A stretch of 64,000 bases of DNA from Somniosus microcephalus (taxonomy: Eukaryota), in NCBI GenBank assembly GCA_052327205.1, contig CM126204.1:352842001-352906000 (forward strand). The letters run 5' to 3'. The notes under the pieces were generated by a model. It had not been told where the DNA came from and searched no databases. It saw only the letters and a list, made by a program, of their open reading frames with translations. This document shows positions 1 through 13,158 of the stretch, piece after piece. The translations under genes were made by a program, and so were the position numbers. Within the stretch, counting starts at the first letter, position 1. Each line of letters begins with the position of its first letter.

Positions 1-1270
1 CTTCCCGAATGCTTCTCCTCCAATTTGTGCGGTCTTGGGCCAGGGATTCCCAGGTGTCGGTGGGGATGTTACACTTTTTCAAGGAGGCTTTGAGGGTGTC
101 CTTGAAGCGTTTCCTCTGCCCACCTGGGGCTCTCTTGCCGTGCCAGAGCTCCGAGTAGAACGCTTGTTTTGGGAGTCTCGTATTGGGCATGCGGACATTG
201 TGACCCGTCCATCGGAGGTGATTGAGTGTGGTCAGAGCTTCAATGCTGGGGATGTTGGCCTGAGCAAGAACACAGACGTTGGTGCGCCTATCATGCCAAT
301 GGATTTGCAGGATCTTGCGGAGGCAGCATTGGTGGTACCTCTCCAGTGCTTTGAGGTGCCTGCTGTACATGGTCCATGTCTCTGAGGCATACAGCAGGGC
401 AGGTATCACTGCTGCCCTGTAGACCATGAGCTTAGTGCCGGGTTTGAGGTCCTGGTCTTCAAACACTCTCTTCCTCAGGTGACCGAAGGCTGCACTGGCA
501 CACAACGTCTGCCCTTGTTGACAGTAGGCTCCCGAGGTATGGAAAGTGGTCCACGTTGCCCAAGGCCTTGTCGTGGATTTTGATAATCGGGAGGCAGCAC
601 TGTGTGGCGGGGGCAGGTTGGTAGATGACCTTTGTCTTACGGATGTTTAGTGTAAGGCCCATGCTCTCGTATGCTTCGGTGAAGGTGTTTACGATGGTTT
701 GGAGTTCGACCTCCGAGTGAGCGCAGACGCAAGCATCGTCTGCATACTGTAATTCGACAACAGAGGATGGGACGACCTTGGATCTGGACTGGAGGCGATG
801 GAGGTTGAACAGTTTCCCGTTTGTTCTGTAAATTAGCTCCACTCCAGTGGGGAGCTTACTGAGGGTGAGATGGAGCATTGCAGCAAGGAAGATTGAGAAG
901 AGCGTTGGTGCGATGACACAGCCTTGCTTGACCCCGGTTCGTACGTGAATTGTGTCTGTTGTGGAATCATTGGTCAGGATCACGGCTTGCATGTCGTCGT
1001 GAAGCAGGCGCAGGATAGTGACAAACTTTTGAGGGCAGCCGAATTTGAGGAGGACACTCCATAACTCCTCACGGTTGACAGTGTCGAAGGCCTTTGTGAG
1101 ATCAAAGAAGGCCATGTACAGCGGTTGGTGCTGTTCCCTGCATTTCTCTTGTAATTGACGTGCAGTGAAGATCATGTCCATTGTGCCCCTTAGTGGGCGG
1201 AATCCGCATTGCGACTCTGGGAGGAGCTCTTCGGCCACTGGGAGAAGGCGATTGAGGAGGATTCTTGCGA
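1..1270 (-). mobile_element. RTE-clade LINE fragment (reverse transcriptase region, degraded)
   Basis: ORF 459..1238(-): ELLPESQCGFR..., FFDLTKAFDTVNR, GVKQGCVIAPTLF, LQYADD motifs typical of RTE/BovB-like RT; frameshifted downstream. Confidence 0.9.
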
Positions 1271-1274
1271 TGAG

Positions 1275-1405
1275 TGTTCCCGGGAGTGTATTGATATTTA
1301 CAGGGCGTTCCCGGGAATGTATTGATATTTACCCGAGTTCCTGGGAATGTATTGATATTCGTAGGGAGTCCACGGGAATATATTGATATTTGCATGGGTC
1401 CCCGG
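1275..1405. repeat. Short tandem repeat, ~31-bp unit (ttcccgggaatgtattgatattta...), ~4 copies
   Basis: Repeated 'ttcc(c/t)gggaatgtattgatatt' at ~31-bp spacing. Confidence 0.75.
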
Positions 1406-1409
1406 AAGG

Positions 1410-1795
1410 AACTTAGGAACAGGAGTCGGCCATTCAGCCCCTTGAGCCTGTTCCGCCATTCAATTGGATGATGGTTCATCTGTGTCTTAACTCCATTTAC
1501 CCGCCTTGGTTCCAAATCCCTTAATAACCTTGCCGAAAAAAATCAGTCAATCTCAGTTTTGAAATTTTCAATTGACGCCCCAGCCTCAACTGCTTTTTGG
1601 GGGAGAGAGTTTCAGATTTCCACTATCCTTTGTGTGAAGAAGTGCTTCCTGACATCAACCCCTGAACGGCCTGGCTCTAATTTTAAGTTTATGCCCCCTT
1701 GCTCTGGATTCTCCCACCAGAGGAAACAACTTCTCTCTATCTACCCAATCAAAATCCTTTATAAGCACCTCAATTAGATCACCCCTTAATCTTCG
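1410..1795 (-). mobile_element. CR1 LINE 3' fragment
   Basis: Reverse complement resembles the CR1 ORF2 C-terminus and 3' UTR seen at 3302-3600 and 14350-14822. Confidence 0.75.
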
Positions 1796-3050
1796 GTACC
1801 CGGGCACTGTGTTGATATTCACAGCAGGTATCACACCCAGGAAAGTTTTAAAACCACCGGTCTAAAGAAATATGCAGATAACAAAGATATGAAGAAGAGA
1901 GAAATAATTCAGTAAGATTCAGGTAGGAAACTGTTAAGCCTGTTGGAAGGAAAACAATTCCCCAACATTTTATATCCTCAGCTATTTATTGACCTGTTCC
2001 GTAATAGATCAGCTCACTTGTTCTTATTTTTGTTGCTTCAAAGTGTTTCTTTTCATGCTGTCAAATATATAGCCTCCCCTTGAAAAAGTTCATTTATTTT
2101 TGTAACCCCTTTTATCTGCATCGCGAAGAGCTTTCTTTTAAGAAACCTTTAAGACTGGTTAACAAACGTTCAATGACAACCTCTAGAAGCATCACCTACC
2201 CATGCTGAATACAATTGCAGCTTGTACTAAGCTAGTACTGTGCAACTCTAATGAGCTGGAAACAGTCCTGAGCGGTGTAGAGAGTCCAGTTCCCATGGGC
2301 AAAAGTGGACATTTTTAGTCAGGAGGCCGTCTCCTGAAGAGTGAATGAGTTCATCTCAATGCGCAGCAAAGAGAGTGAAAGAAAATAATACCTGTCGCTG
2401 AACTGGAAGAAGATGAGAATTCTGAAAACAAGAGCAGCTTTACATGGGGAGGTGCTTTGTTTATCTCTTCAGATGCACACTTGATGTACGCTCTGGTGAA
2501 TACAGCAGCCCCTCGACAGTAATGGTGGAGTGGCCATGACATGTGCTGCTTAGCGGAACGGCTGGCTCAGTGGCGTGTTCAGATGGGCAACAAAACCCAC
2601 CGGGGGCTAAATTTGATAGCCCCTGAAAACGGGCACGAGGATCACGATGCCTGATTAGCCCCGTGCCCATTGCTTCTGATGCAGGCAGCACGCTAACTTC
2701 GTGCTGCCTGCTAATTTAAATGATTGTAGTGTTGAGGAAGCACCAAATGTGCTGCTGAGCAGCTGAGCAGCTCAGCAGGGGGCCCAAGTTCGTGCTAGGC
2801 TAGCACCAATTAAAGCTACCCTGCACTGCTTAAAACCAGCCTGCACCTCTTAAAGGGGAGGTGCATTCTGGCTGGAGCAGGTGCTGGTAGTGTCTGGGGA
2901 AGAGAGTCTGACCTGTAAGAACACTGACCAATGGCGCAACAGGAGAGAAAGCATGCTACAAGGTTCTTAGATGCTGCACCGGAGGTCTTGGTGGAGAAGG
3001 TGGACAGGAGGAGAGAGGCCCTCTATCCACAGCAGACCAAGAGGCCATCC

Positions 3051-6000
3051 ATAGAAACATAGAAACATATTGACGTAAGAAAACTACTAGGCACTTGGTC
3101 TAAGCGTTAAACAAAGCTTTAATCAACTGTTTTACAACATGGAGATCTAGTTGTGTCCTTCCCTAGTTCCTGTAAAAGAATGTCCTGGGAAAGCTGGGCC
3201 CATGCCCGAGTATTTATACTCTCCCTGGACAGCGCCACCAGCAGGCCGCCCAGTATTATTTCATAAGTCATTTCCACATGAATGACAAGATTCATGTCAC
3301 ATAGAAGATAGGAGCAGGAGTAGGCCAGTCGGTCCCTCGAGCCTGTTCCGCCATTTAATGAGATCATGGCTGATCATCCAAATTCAGTACCCTGTCCCTG
3401 CTTTCTCCCCATATCCCTTGATCCCTTTAGCCTTAAGAAATATGTCTAACTCCTTCTTGAATATATTTAATGAATTGGCCTCAACTGCCTTCTGCGGTAG
3501 AGAACTCCACAGGTTCACCACTCTCTGGGTGAAGAAATTCCTCCTCATCTCAGTCCTAAATGGCTTACCCCTTATCCTTAGACTGTGACCCCTGGTTCTG
3601 GACTCCCCCGCCATCGGGAACATCCTTCCTGCATCTAGCCTGTCTAGTCCTGTTAGAATTTTATAAGTTTTAATGAGATCCCCTCTCATTCTTCTAAACT
3701 CTAGCGAATATAAGCCTAATCGACCCAATCTCTCCTCATACATCATTCCTGCCATCCCAGGTATCAGTCTGGTGAATCTTCGCTGCACTCTCTCCATGGC
3801 AAGAACATCCTTCCTCAGATAAGGTGACCAAAACTGCACAGAATACTCAAGGTGTGGTCTCACCAAGGCCCTGTACAACTGCAGCAAGACATCCTTGTTC
3901 CTGTACTCGAACCCTCTCGCTATGAAGGCCAACATACCATTTGCCCTCTTAACCGCCTGCTGCACCTGCATGCTTACCTTCAGCGAATGGTGCACAAGGA
4001 CACCCAGGTCTCGTTGCACTTCCCCTTTTCCCTAAGCTATTGCCGTTCAGATAATACTCTGTCTTCCTGTTTTTGCCACCAAAGTGGATAACCTCGCATT
4101 TATCCACATTATACTGCATTTGCCATGCATCTGCCCAATCACCCAACCTGTCCAAATCATACTGGAGTTTCTCTGCATCCTTCTCACAGCACACACGCCC
4201 ACCCAGCTTTATGTCGTCTGCAAACTTGGAGATATTACATCTAGTTCCCTCGTCTAGATCATTTATATATATTGTGAATAGCTGGGGTCCTAGCACTGAT
4301 CCCTGTGGTACCTCACTAGTCACTGCTTGGCACTCGGAAAAAGACCCGTTTATTCCAACTCTTGGCTCCCTGTCTGCCAACCAGCTCTCTATCCAAGACA
4401 GTACCTTACCCCCAATCCCATGTGCATGAACTTTGCATGCTAATCTATTATGCGGGACCTTATTGAAAGCCTTCTGAAAGTCCAAATACATCACATCCAC
4501 TGGCTCTCCCTTATCTATTCTATCAGTTACATCCTCAAAAAATTCCAGTAGATTAATCAAGCATGATTTACCTTTTGTAAATCCATGTTGACTTTGTCTG
4601 ATCCTGTCACTGTTTTCCAAGTGCTCTACTATTACATCTTTTATAATGGACTGTTGCATTTTCCTCACTACCGATGTCAGGCTTACTGGTCTATAATTCC
4701 CCGTTTTCTCTCTACCACCTTTTTTAAATAGTGGGGTTACATTAGCTACCCTCCAATCCATGGGAACTGTTCCAGAGTCTATAGAACTTTGGAAGGTGGC
4801 CAGCAATGCATCTACTATTTCTAGGGCCACTTCCTTAAATACCCTAGGATGTAGATTATCAGGCCCTGTGGATTTATCGGCCTTCAATCCCGTCAATTTC
4901 CCTAACACCATTTCCCTACAGATACTGATTTCATTCAATTCTTCCCTCTCATTAGACCCTATGTTCCCCAACATATCTGGGAATTTATTTGTGTCCTCCT
5001 TATTGAAGACAGAACTAAAGTATGTATTTAATTGGTCTGCCATTTCTTTGTTCCCCATTATAATTTCCCCTGATTCTGACTGCAAGGGACCTATGCTTGA
5101 CTTCACCAATCTTTTTCTCTTCACATATCTATAAAAGCTTTTACAGTCAGTTTTTATGTTCCCTGCAAGCTTACTCTCATAATCTATTTTCCCTCTCTTA
5201 ATTAATCCCTTTGTCCTCCTTTGCTGAATCCTAAACTGCTCCCATTCCTCAGGTTTGCTGCTTTTCTGGCCAAATTATATGTCCTCTCCTTGGAGCTTAT
5301 GCTATCCCTAATTTCCCTTGTTCGCCATGGTTGAGTCACCTTTTTATTTTTTTTTATGCCAAACAGGGATGAACAAATTCTGTAGTTCATCCATGTGATC
5401 TTTAAATGTTTGCCATTGCCTATCCACCATCAACCCTTTAAGTAATGTTCCCCATTCCATCCTAGCCAACTCATGCCTCATACCATCGTAGTTTCCTTTA
5501 TTTAAATTCAGGACCCTAGTCTCTGAGTCAACTACTTCACTCTCCATCTTAATGAAGAATTCTATCATATTATGATCGCTCCTCCCCAGGGGCCTTGCAC
5601 AACAAGATTGCTAATTAATCCTTTCTCATTACATAATACCCAGTCTAATATGGCCTGATCTCTAGTTGGTTCCTCGACATATTGGTCCAGGAAACCATCC
5701 TGTATACACTCTAGGAATTCCTCCTCCACAGTATTGTTACTAATTTGGTTAGCCCAATCTATATGTAGATTAAAGTCACCCATGATAACTGCTGTGCCCT
5801 TATTGCACACATCTCTAATTTCCCATTTAATGTCATCCCCAACCTCAGCATTACTGTTTGGGGGTCTGTGTACAACTCTCACTAACATTTTCTGCCCCTT
5901 GGTATTTCTCAGCTCTGCCCATACAGATTCCACATCATCAGAGCTAATATCCTTCCTTACTATTGTGTTAATCTCCTCTTTAACCAGCAATGCTACCCCA

Positions 6001-6112
6001 CCTCCTTTTCCTTTTTTCCTGTCCTTCCTGAATTTTGAATACCCCTGGATGTTGAATTCCCAGTCTTGATCAACCTGGAGCCATGTCTCCGTAATCCCAA
6101 TTATATCATATA
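3051..6112 (-). mobile_element. CR1 LINE (ORF2 APE endonuclease + RT, frameshifted) inserted in the Harbinger Myb gene
   Basis: ORFs 5565..6233 (IIGITETW, GGGVALLVK, MGDFN), 3949..5124 (YLDFQKAFNKVPH, VPQGSVLGP, KFADD), 3384..4019; (atagaaac)n 3' tail at 3051-3070. Confidence 0.92.
3071..3299 (-). mobile_element. Solo LTR (family X, copy 1)
   Basis: TG...CA ends, flanks catat/catag, TATAAA and ATTAAA on minus strand; homologous to 13845-14058, 20696-20924 and 42813-43039. Confidence 0.8.
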
Positions 6113-7574
6113 GCAGGTAACCATGGTGGTCAATGCTAGAAGTCAAGCCCCAAGGACCAGGATACAGTGTCTCAATAAGTTCATTGACCTCACACGAGTG
6201 GTGAAGAGCAGTGAATTCATCTTCAAATGCCATATCCCTCCAACTGGTACACTAGCTTGACACACAGCTCAATGGGCCACACTCCCATCACTCACCTACC
6301 AACAATCACTATCAAACAGGACTCATACCTCACATTCATAGCTTCACCTCACCCTCACACACTCAGCACTGCTGCAAGCCTCACACCCACATCTCACAGC
6401 TTGTACACAGTCAGCTACTCAAACATGACAGGCACATCACCCAAATATATTGCACCACATTCACTGACGCACTTCCCTCTCTCTTGCAGGGCAAGTTAAC
6501 GCATAACCAAAGGCAGCAGCAGCTAACCGGCGGGGACAGGCATGGTTGCATGACCCACTGGAGGAGACGGTGGTTGCCATCGTTGGAGTGGCCATCACTG
6601 AGGCCATGGCCAGCGGCAGGGCTGAACCAATCGAAGATGATGGTATGCTCATAACTAATCCTCCTTCTCACATCCCACTTCCCCCTCATCCCACAATCTC
6701 TTCTGATTTACATATTGCAACTGGTGTAAGCATGCACCTCTTGCTTTCCCCTCCCCACCCCCCACCCCCCTCTCACCGCAACCCTGCCCGTGTGTATTTT
6801 TCCTGCCAGATACCCAAGAACTGCAACCTGGCCAGGAAGTGGTGGAGGAGCAAGAACTGGAAGCGGAAGAAGGCAGTGATGCTGAAGACACAGCACCGTC
6901 ACTCGATTTCACACTCGCAGTCATCAGCTCAGATACTGACAACCCGCATACTTTAGAGGCGAGCTTAGACGCGTGATCTGCACGTGATGAGTCACCGGGC
7001 ACGAGCGGCCTGCAGCCAGGGTAGGGGGCAAGGGTAGCGCAGGTGCCAGCTCGCCGGAGGACGAGGTCGCAAACGAGTTCTGCTGCAGAGGGCTCAGGTG
7101 AGCACTTCAATGGGGCAGACTACAGAAGAAGGCTGGTGGGGATGCACAATGAAATGCTTGGTGCATTGGCGGGCCTGCCAGAAAGGCTGCGTGCAATGTC
7201 AAGGAGCACGGAGGAGTCCGGCACCAACTTGGCGCAGAGCCTCAGTTACCGCCAGCATTCCCGCGCAGGTCGCTCACTGGCATTAAAATGGAAGAAATGG
7301 CGCATGCTCGAAAATTTGAATGGGCCATGCAGCCAGTTAAAGGGATCGTGTACAAAAAAAAAATTAAAGGGAATATTGGTTACTTCCCTTATGCAACAGT
7401 GCACGGCAAACTGGGAGATGTTGCAAATATCGTCTGCTCCAGCCTGGAAGGAGCCTGACGCTTAAAAGTTCATGGCCACCGTGACCTTCACAGCCACTGG
7501 CAATGCGGCCTTCGCCCTGCTCTGAGGATGCAGTTGTGGCTGCAGCAGGTGGCAGATTTCAGTGAGGACATGCA

Positions 7575-7810
7575 CCATCACCCCTTTTGTCACTTAATCT
7601 CTCCTGCCTTCTACCCTATCACAGACCTTCCCTTTTGTTCTTTCCTCCCATCCCCCCTTTCACTGCCCCTGTACTTGCTCAAAACCTGTTACATCTCTAA
7701 CATTTTCCAGTTCTGACAAAGGGTCACCGACCTGAAACGTTAACTCTGTTTCTCTCTCCACAGATGCTGCCCGACCTGCTGAGTATTTCCAGCATTTTCT
7801 GTTTTAATTT
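7575..7810 (+). mobile_element. Penelope-like element pseudo-LTR fragment
   Basis: Matches the ...gacctgaaacgttaactctgtttctctc...cagatgctgcc...agcattttctg terminus seen at 34770-35030 and 41385-41600. Confidence 0.7.
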
Positions 7811-8048
7811 CGGTGAGGGCGTTGTAGGTGAAGCACAGACGTCTGACACACTGTTCCTCGCTGAGGCTCAGGTCGTAGTGTTGCTTCCTGAACAACCTGG
7901 ATGGATATGGCCTCCTGCTGAGGAACCTTCTCCCCCTCCTCCTCCTTCTTCTGCCAGCTTGTCTTGCTCTGTGTGGCCTCTGCTCATTCTCCCTGTCATG
8001 CTGTAGGCCAAGGGGAACGCCTACTACTGCATCCATGTCTGGAAGCAA
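7800..8048 (-). pseudogene. Harbinger (HARBI1-like) transposase N-terminal remnant
   Basis: RRPYPSRLFRKQHYDLSLSEEQCVRRLCF resembles Harbinger transposase N-termini. Confidence 0.6.
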
Positions 8049-8089
8049 GTGGTCTGTGCAGAAGTTGTGAAGTCAGGACAAGGTCCTTC

Positions 8090-8712
8090 AGCACCAGAGG
8101 TATTGAGTACAAAAGTAGAGAAGTTATGCTGAACCTTTATAAAGCGCTGGTTAGGCCACAACTGGAGTATTGCATCCAGTTCTGGTCACCACACTTTAGG
8201 AAGGATGTGAAGGCTCTTGAGAGGGTGCAGAGGAGATTTACCAGAATGGTTCCGGGGATGGGGGCTCTTAGCTACAAGGACAGGTTGGAGAAACTGGATT
8301 TGTTTTCATTAGAGCAAAGGAGGTTGAGGGGTGATTTGATAGAGGTGTACAAGATTATGACAGGTTTGATAGGCTGGACAGAGAAAGGTTGTTTCCACTA
8401 GTTGATGGTACAAGGACTAGGAGACACAGATTTAAGGTTTTGGGCAAGAGATACAGGGGGGATGTGAGGAAAAGCTTTTTTACGCAGCGAGTGTTGAGGA
8501 CCTGGAACCTGCTGCCGACGGAAGTGGTGGAAGCGGAGACACTCAATGTTTTCAAGGGGAGCCTGGATAGACACTTGAGGGAAATAAACTTGCAGGGCTA
8601 CAGGGATAGAGCGGGGGAATGGGACTGACTGGATTGCGCTACAGAGAGCCGGCATGGACTCGATGGGCCGAATGGCCTCCTTCTGTGCCGTTATGACTAT
8701 GACGCTATGACC
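8090..8712 (+). mobile_element. CR1 LINE 3' fragment
   Basis: LYKALVRPQLEYCIQFWSP, RRLRGDLIEVYK, FFTQRV; (tatgac)n-like tail. Confidence 0.9.
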
Positions 8713-9274
8713 TGCCATCCCATTCCCTGTAGACCTTAGCAACTTGAAATAACTGTACAAACCACCAAACACTTCTACAAATTCAGCAACAGTCAGTAGA
8801 AATCAATCAGCAACTAACCTGTAAGTAGGTGATGATCCCTTTAAATAGAATTGGTTGGGGTTCCTTCCTACTGCTGAACGCATGTTGAGCTGTGCGAGCT
8901 TAAGTGAGGGCGTTAGCTGGAGCATTGAGCTCCAAAATGGCAGCACTGGCGTCAAATCAGCATTACACACTGATTGACGTCATGGTCTGTCTATTCTGCA
9001 TACATCTGGCACACGCTCCCTGTGCCCGCACTAACACCTTACCCAAGATGGCGTTCAGCGGGCCCGCACCAGATGTTTGAGTGCGCACCGGGACACCATT
9101 TTGGAACCAAAACGGCACTTGTAGCACTCAAAATACAGGCGATACGGAGACGAATTTTGCGGCCACCATATTTTTACTTCAGCTGCTAGTTTGATCTTGG
9201 AACATGTTGCGGAGATACGCTCATTCTCCGCTGTCCAGTTGTACAATAAAGAAAGAAAGACTTTTGAGGTGTCT

Positions 9275-9716
9275 GCAGTGGCTCAGTTGGTAGCACTCTC
9301 GCCTCTGAGAGAAGGTTGAATTCCCACTCCAGAGACTTGAGCAGAAAATCTAGGCTGACACTCCAGTACTGAGTGCTGCACAGTCGGAGGTGCCGTCTTT
9401 CGGATGAGACGTTAAACCGAGACCCCATCTGCTCTCTCTGATAGATGTAAAAGATCCCATGGCACTAATTCGAAGAAGAGCAGGGGAGTTCTCCTTGGCG
9501 TCCTGGCCAATATTTGTCCCTTAATAAACATAACAAAAATAGATTTTCTGGTTTATTATCACATTGCTGTTTGTGGGATCTTGCTGTGTGAAAATTCGCT
9601 GCCGCGTTTCCTACATCACAACAGTGACTACACTTCAAAAGTGCTTCATTGGCTGTAAAGCACCTTGGGACATCCTGGGGTCGTGAAAGGCACTATATAA
9701 ATGCAAGTCTTTCTTT
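9275..9716 (+). mobile_element. tRNA-derived Deu-domain SINE (SacSINE1-like)
   Basis: A-box tggctcagttgg; core ggaggtgccgtctttcggatgagacgttaaaccga; tail ...tatataaatgcaagtctttcttt. Confidence 0.8.
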
Positions 9717-9794
9717 AGTTGTACAATTATTAACTATGATGGTGACTAGTCTATGTGTAGGATGGAAGAAGTGATCCTGCTTCACAAGCGTTTT

Positions 9795-10750
9795 TTAAAA
9801 ATTTGTTTATGGGATGTGGGCGTCGCTGGCAAGGCCAGAATTTATTGCCCATCCCTAATTGCCCTTGAGAAGGTGGTGGTGAGCTGCCTTCTTGAACCGC
9901 TGCAGTCCGTGTGGTGGAGGTACTCCCACAGTGCTGTCAGGGAGGGAGTTCCAGGATTTTGACCCAGTGACAATGAAGGATCGGCGATACACTTCTAAGT
10001 CAGGATGGTGTGTGACTTGGAGGGGAACTTGGAGGTGGTGGCGTTCCCATGCACCTGCTGCCCTTGTCCTTCTAGGTGGAAGAGGTCGCGGGTTTGGGAG
10101 GTGCTGCCGAAGAAGCCTTGGCGAGTTGCTGCAGTACATCGTGTAGATGGTACACACTGCAGCCACGGTACGCCGGTGGTGGAGGGAGTGAATGTTTAAG
10201 GTGGTGGATGGGATACCAATCAAGCGGGTTGATTTGTCCTGGATGGTGTCAAGCTTCTTGAGTGTTGTTGGAGCTGCACTCATCCAGGCAAGTAGAGATT
10301 ATTCCATCACACTCCTTACTTGTTCCTTGTAGATGGTGGAAAGGCTTTGGGGAGTCAGGAGGTGAGACACTCGCCACAGAATACCTAGCCTCTGACCTGC
10401 TCTTGTTGCCACAGTATTTATGTGGCTGGTCCAGTTAAGTTTCTGGCTAATGGTGATGGTGGGGGATTCGGTGATGGTAATGCCGTTGAATGTCAAGGGG
10501 AGGTGGTTAGACTCTCGCTTGTTGGAGATAGTCATTGCCTGGCACTTCTGTGTCACGAATGTTACCTGCCACTTATCAGCCCAAGCCTGAACGTCTTCCA
10601 GGTATTGTTGCATGCGGGCATGGACTGCTTCATTATCTGAGGAGTTGCGAATGGCGCTGAACACTGTGCAGTCATCAGCGAACATCCCCACTTTTGACCT
10701 TATGTTGGAGGGAAGGTCATTGATGAAGCAGCTGTAGATGGTTGGGCTGA
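9795..10750 (-). mobile_element. L2/CR1-superfamily LINE 3' fragment
   Basis: MFADD, WQVTF, RSVME, KKLDTIQDK, HSLHHRRTVAAV; same family as 59330-60838. Confidence 0.85.
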
Positions 10751-11334
10751 CATTTTAACCTGCTGCTTCTGATGATGTCGTATAAGCTCTACTTTGTCTC
10801 ATGACGTGTTTAACCTCCTTTCCAACTCATCCAAGAGGTATTTAATGAATTGAGGTCAGGGCACTTTTGACTCTTTTCATATGCTCATACTTTTCACTGA
10901 ATTGGTCGGTGAATGGGTATTATTATAATCCACCTATATAAATGTTGTGAGGCATATCTGTCACACTTCATAGACAAACATCTGTATCACACTTAAAAGT
11001 AAATGATAAAAAAGGGACAGAAGGACAATGATTTATAATCCACAGAGAAAGTCCTCCAGCAATGGAAAATATCTTCTAATTAACCTCGGGAGTCAAACTT
11101 TAAAAAAAAAGGGCCTGGTATTTTCCTCAGGCTTCTAATTGACCTCGAAATCTGTCTATGATAAAATTAGCTTTTATTGGACCTTAGGAAGGCACAGCAA
11201 TTAGACTATGAAACCAGGTTATACATCGGCACGCTTAAGCACTTAGAATAATACAATGCGGATAAAATCTGTCATGGACGGTAGCGTAAAATGGGTGATA
11301 GCGATTCACTAGATTCATCCCTGGGTTTTCTAGA

Positions 11335-11805
11335 TTGATCCCTGGGATGAGAGGGTTGTCCTATGAGGAGAGATTGTGTAGATTGGGCCTATACTTTCTG
11401 GAGTTTAAAAGAATGAGAGGTGATCTCATTGAAACATTTAGGATTCTGAGGGGGATTGACAGGGTAGATGCTGGGAGGTTGTTTCCCCTGGCTGGAGATT
11501 CTAGAACTAGGGGGCATAGTCTCAGGATAAGGTGCCGGCCTTTTAAGACTGAGATGAGGAGTAATTTCTTCACTCACATGTTTGTGAATCTTTGGAATTC
11601 TCTACCACAAAGGGCTGTGGATGCTGAGTTGTTGAGTATATTGAAGGCTGAGATAGATTTTTGGACTCTGGGGGCATCGAGGGACATGGAGATTGGGTGA
11701 GAAAGTGGAGTTGGGGTCGAAGATCGGCCATGATCTTATTGACTGGCGGAGCAGGCTCGAGGGGCCGTATGGCCTACTCCTGCTCCTAATTCTTATGTTC
11801 TTATG
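11335..11805 (+). mobile_element. CR1 LINE 3' fragment
   Basis: IPGMRGLSYEERL...RGDLIETF...TRGHSLR; ttcttatgttcttatg tail. Confidence 0.88.
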
Positions 11806-11991
11806 GGCAGCGGATTTGCTGTCTCCTGTTTTGCACTGCTGTTCAAGAAGGATTTCACCCCCATTGTGCGTTACAATGTTCCTATCCTGACAAAAGCAGC
11901 ATAACCTCCAAATTACTATGTGCAACCCCTCAGGAGATCTACTAGTCAAATATTACGTTGCATCTTTTGCATCAAAACCTCCCAAAACTTT

Positions 11992-12691
11992 GGCCTAGAA
12001 ATTCAGTGGGCTTTGCGCCCAGTTACCGCCCAAATAGGGTTTCTGCGCCAGTGTAAGAGGGTGCGCTGATATTCAGCGCTGCGGTAATGGCGGCGGTAGC
12101 CGGTAGCGCTGCGCCGACACCGATGACGTCATCGGTGTGCGCAGTGCCCCGGTTCCGCCCCGCTTCCGGCCCAAACCCCATATTTAGTTGCGGCCGCCTC
12201 TTCTGCAGCGGCCGCAAACAGCGCTGGAAAAACGGGGCCGTACTGCTGCGCTACTGGGGCGCTTTAAGGTGGAGGTGCGGCCGGCCGCATTTTCTGCGGC
12301 CGCCTGCCCGCACCTCCTTCCCCGGCCTCCTCCACCCCCCCCCCGCGGCATTGCCGGCTGCTTTCCGCGAGCCCGGCACTTCTCTGTGGTGCCGGGCTCA
12401 TTTGCCGGCACAATCCAGCGGCGATCTCGCTGTTGCAGGCACCTCCCCCTTAAGAGAAGGAGGAGGCCTGCAGTACTGCAGCCTGCCGCTCCGCAGCGGG
12501 TGGCGCTGCGGCACCTAGCGTGCCGATATTCAGTTTCAGCGCCCCAAGCGGGGGCGCCGAAACCCTTGAATAGCGGCCGCCTTTGAGTTGGGGCGCTGAA
12601 ACTGAATTTCCGGCGGCCGCAAGTGGCTCCGCGCGCAGCGCTAACTTTTGGGCGTTAGCCTGCTGGCGGGCCTTAACTGAATTTCTAGGCC
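11992..12691. mobile_element. GC-rich MITE (Harbinger/Tourist-like)
   Basis: 16-bp perfect TIR ggcctagaaattcagt/actgaatttctaggcc; 3-bp TSD ttt; paralog at 41860-42557. Confidence 0.85.
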
Positions 12692-13158
12692 TTTATTTTT
12701 TAACACAATCGGTGACTCTTTGAAGTGCAGCGAGGAAATGTGGGGCAGAAGGTGAAGGGAAAATGTACAGATTCCTTCCAATGAATGGTTGGTATCCATG
12801 TGTGGCCTGTTGAATGTTTTCTGGATTGTTTTCTGGATTTTATGGTATGGTAGCTTTAGTGGTAGAGTGCTTGGCTTTCACACTGGCAACAAAGGCATTA
12901 AAACTCTGGGGGCCTACCGCGCTGGTGTGCAAGTGTGATGGAGCTGAACTCCCGCCTTCCCGTACCCCAAGCCATGGACCCCATCCCAATATCCTGGGGA
13001 TAAGGTCACTTGCATGACTAGGTCGATCACATTACATCTGCAAAGGCACTTCAGTTGTGCTTGCCCCGATCCATCCGCCAGAAGGCTTGCGGCCTAAAGC
13101 CATTCCACTAGAGGGCATCTCGGCCCACCCCTGGGGATGAAGAAAAAACAAACTTAAA

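Larger units (their letters stand above)
2601..9165. mobile_element. Degenerate PIF/Harbinger DNA transposon (Myb/SANT gene on +, transposase remnant on -) with nested CR1, solo LTR and Penelope insertions
   Basis: Myb/SANT-like coding 2931-3050 (MAQQERKHATRFLDAAPEVLVEKVDRRREALYP) resumes at ~6113 (QVTMVVNARSQAPRTRIQCLNKFIDLTRVVK); further exon-like pieces at ~6490 and ~6810; convergent transposase N-terminus 7800-8048. Element ends are approximate. Confidence 0.65.
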
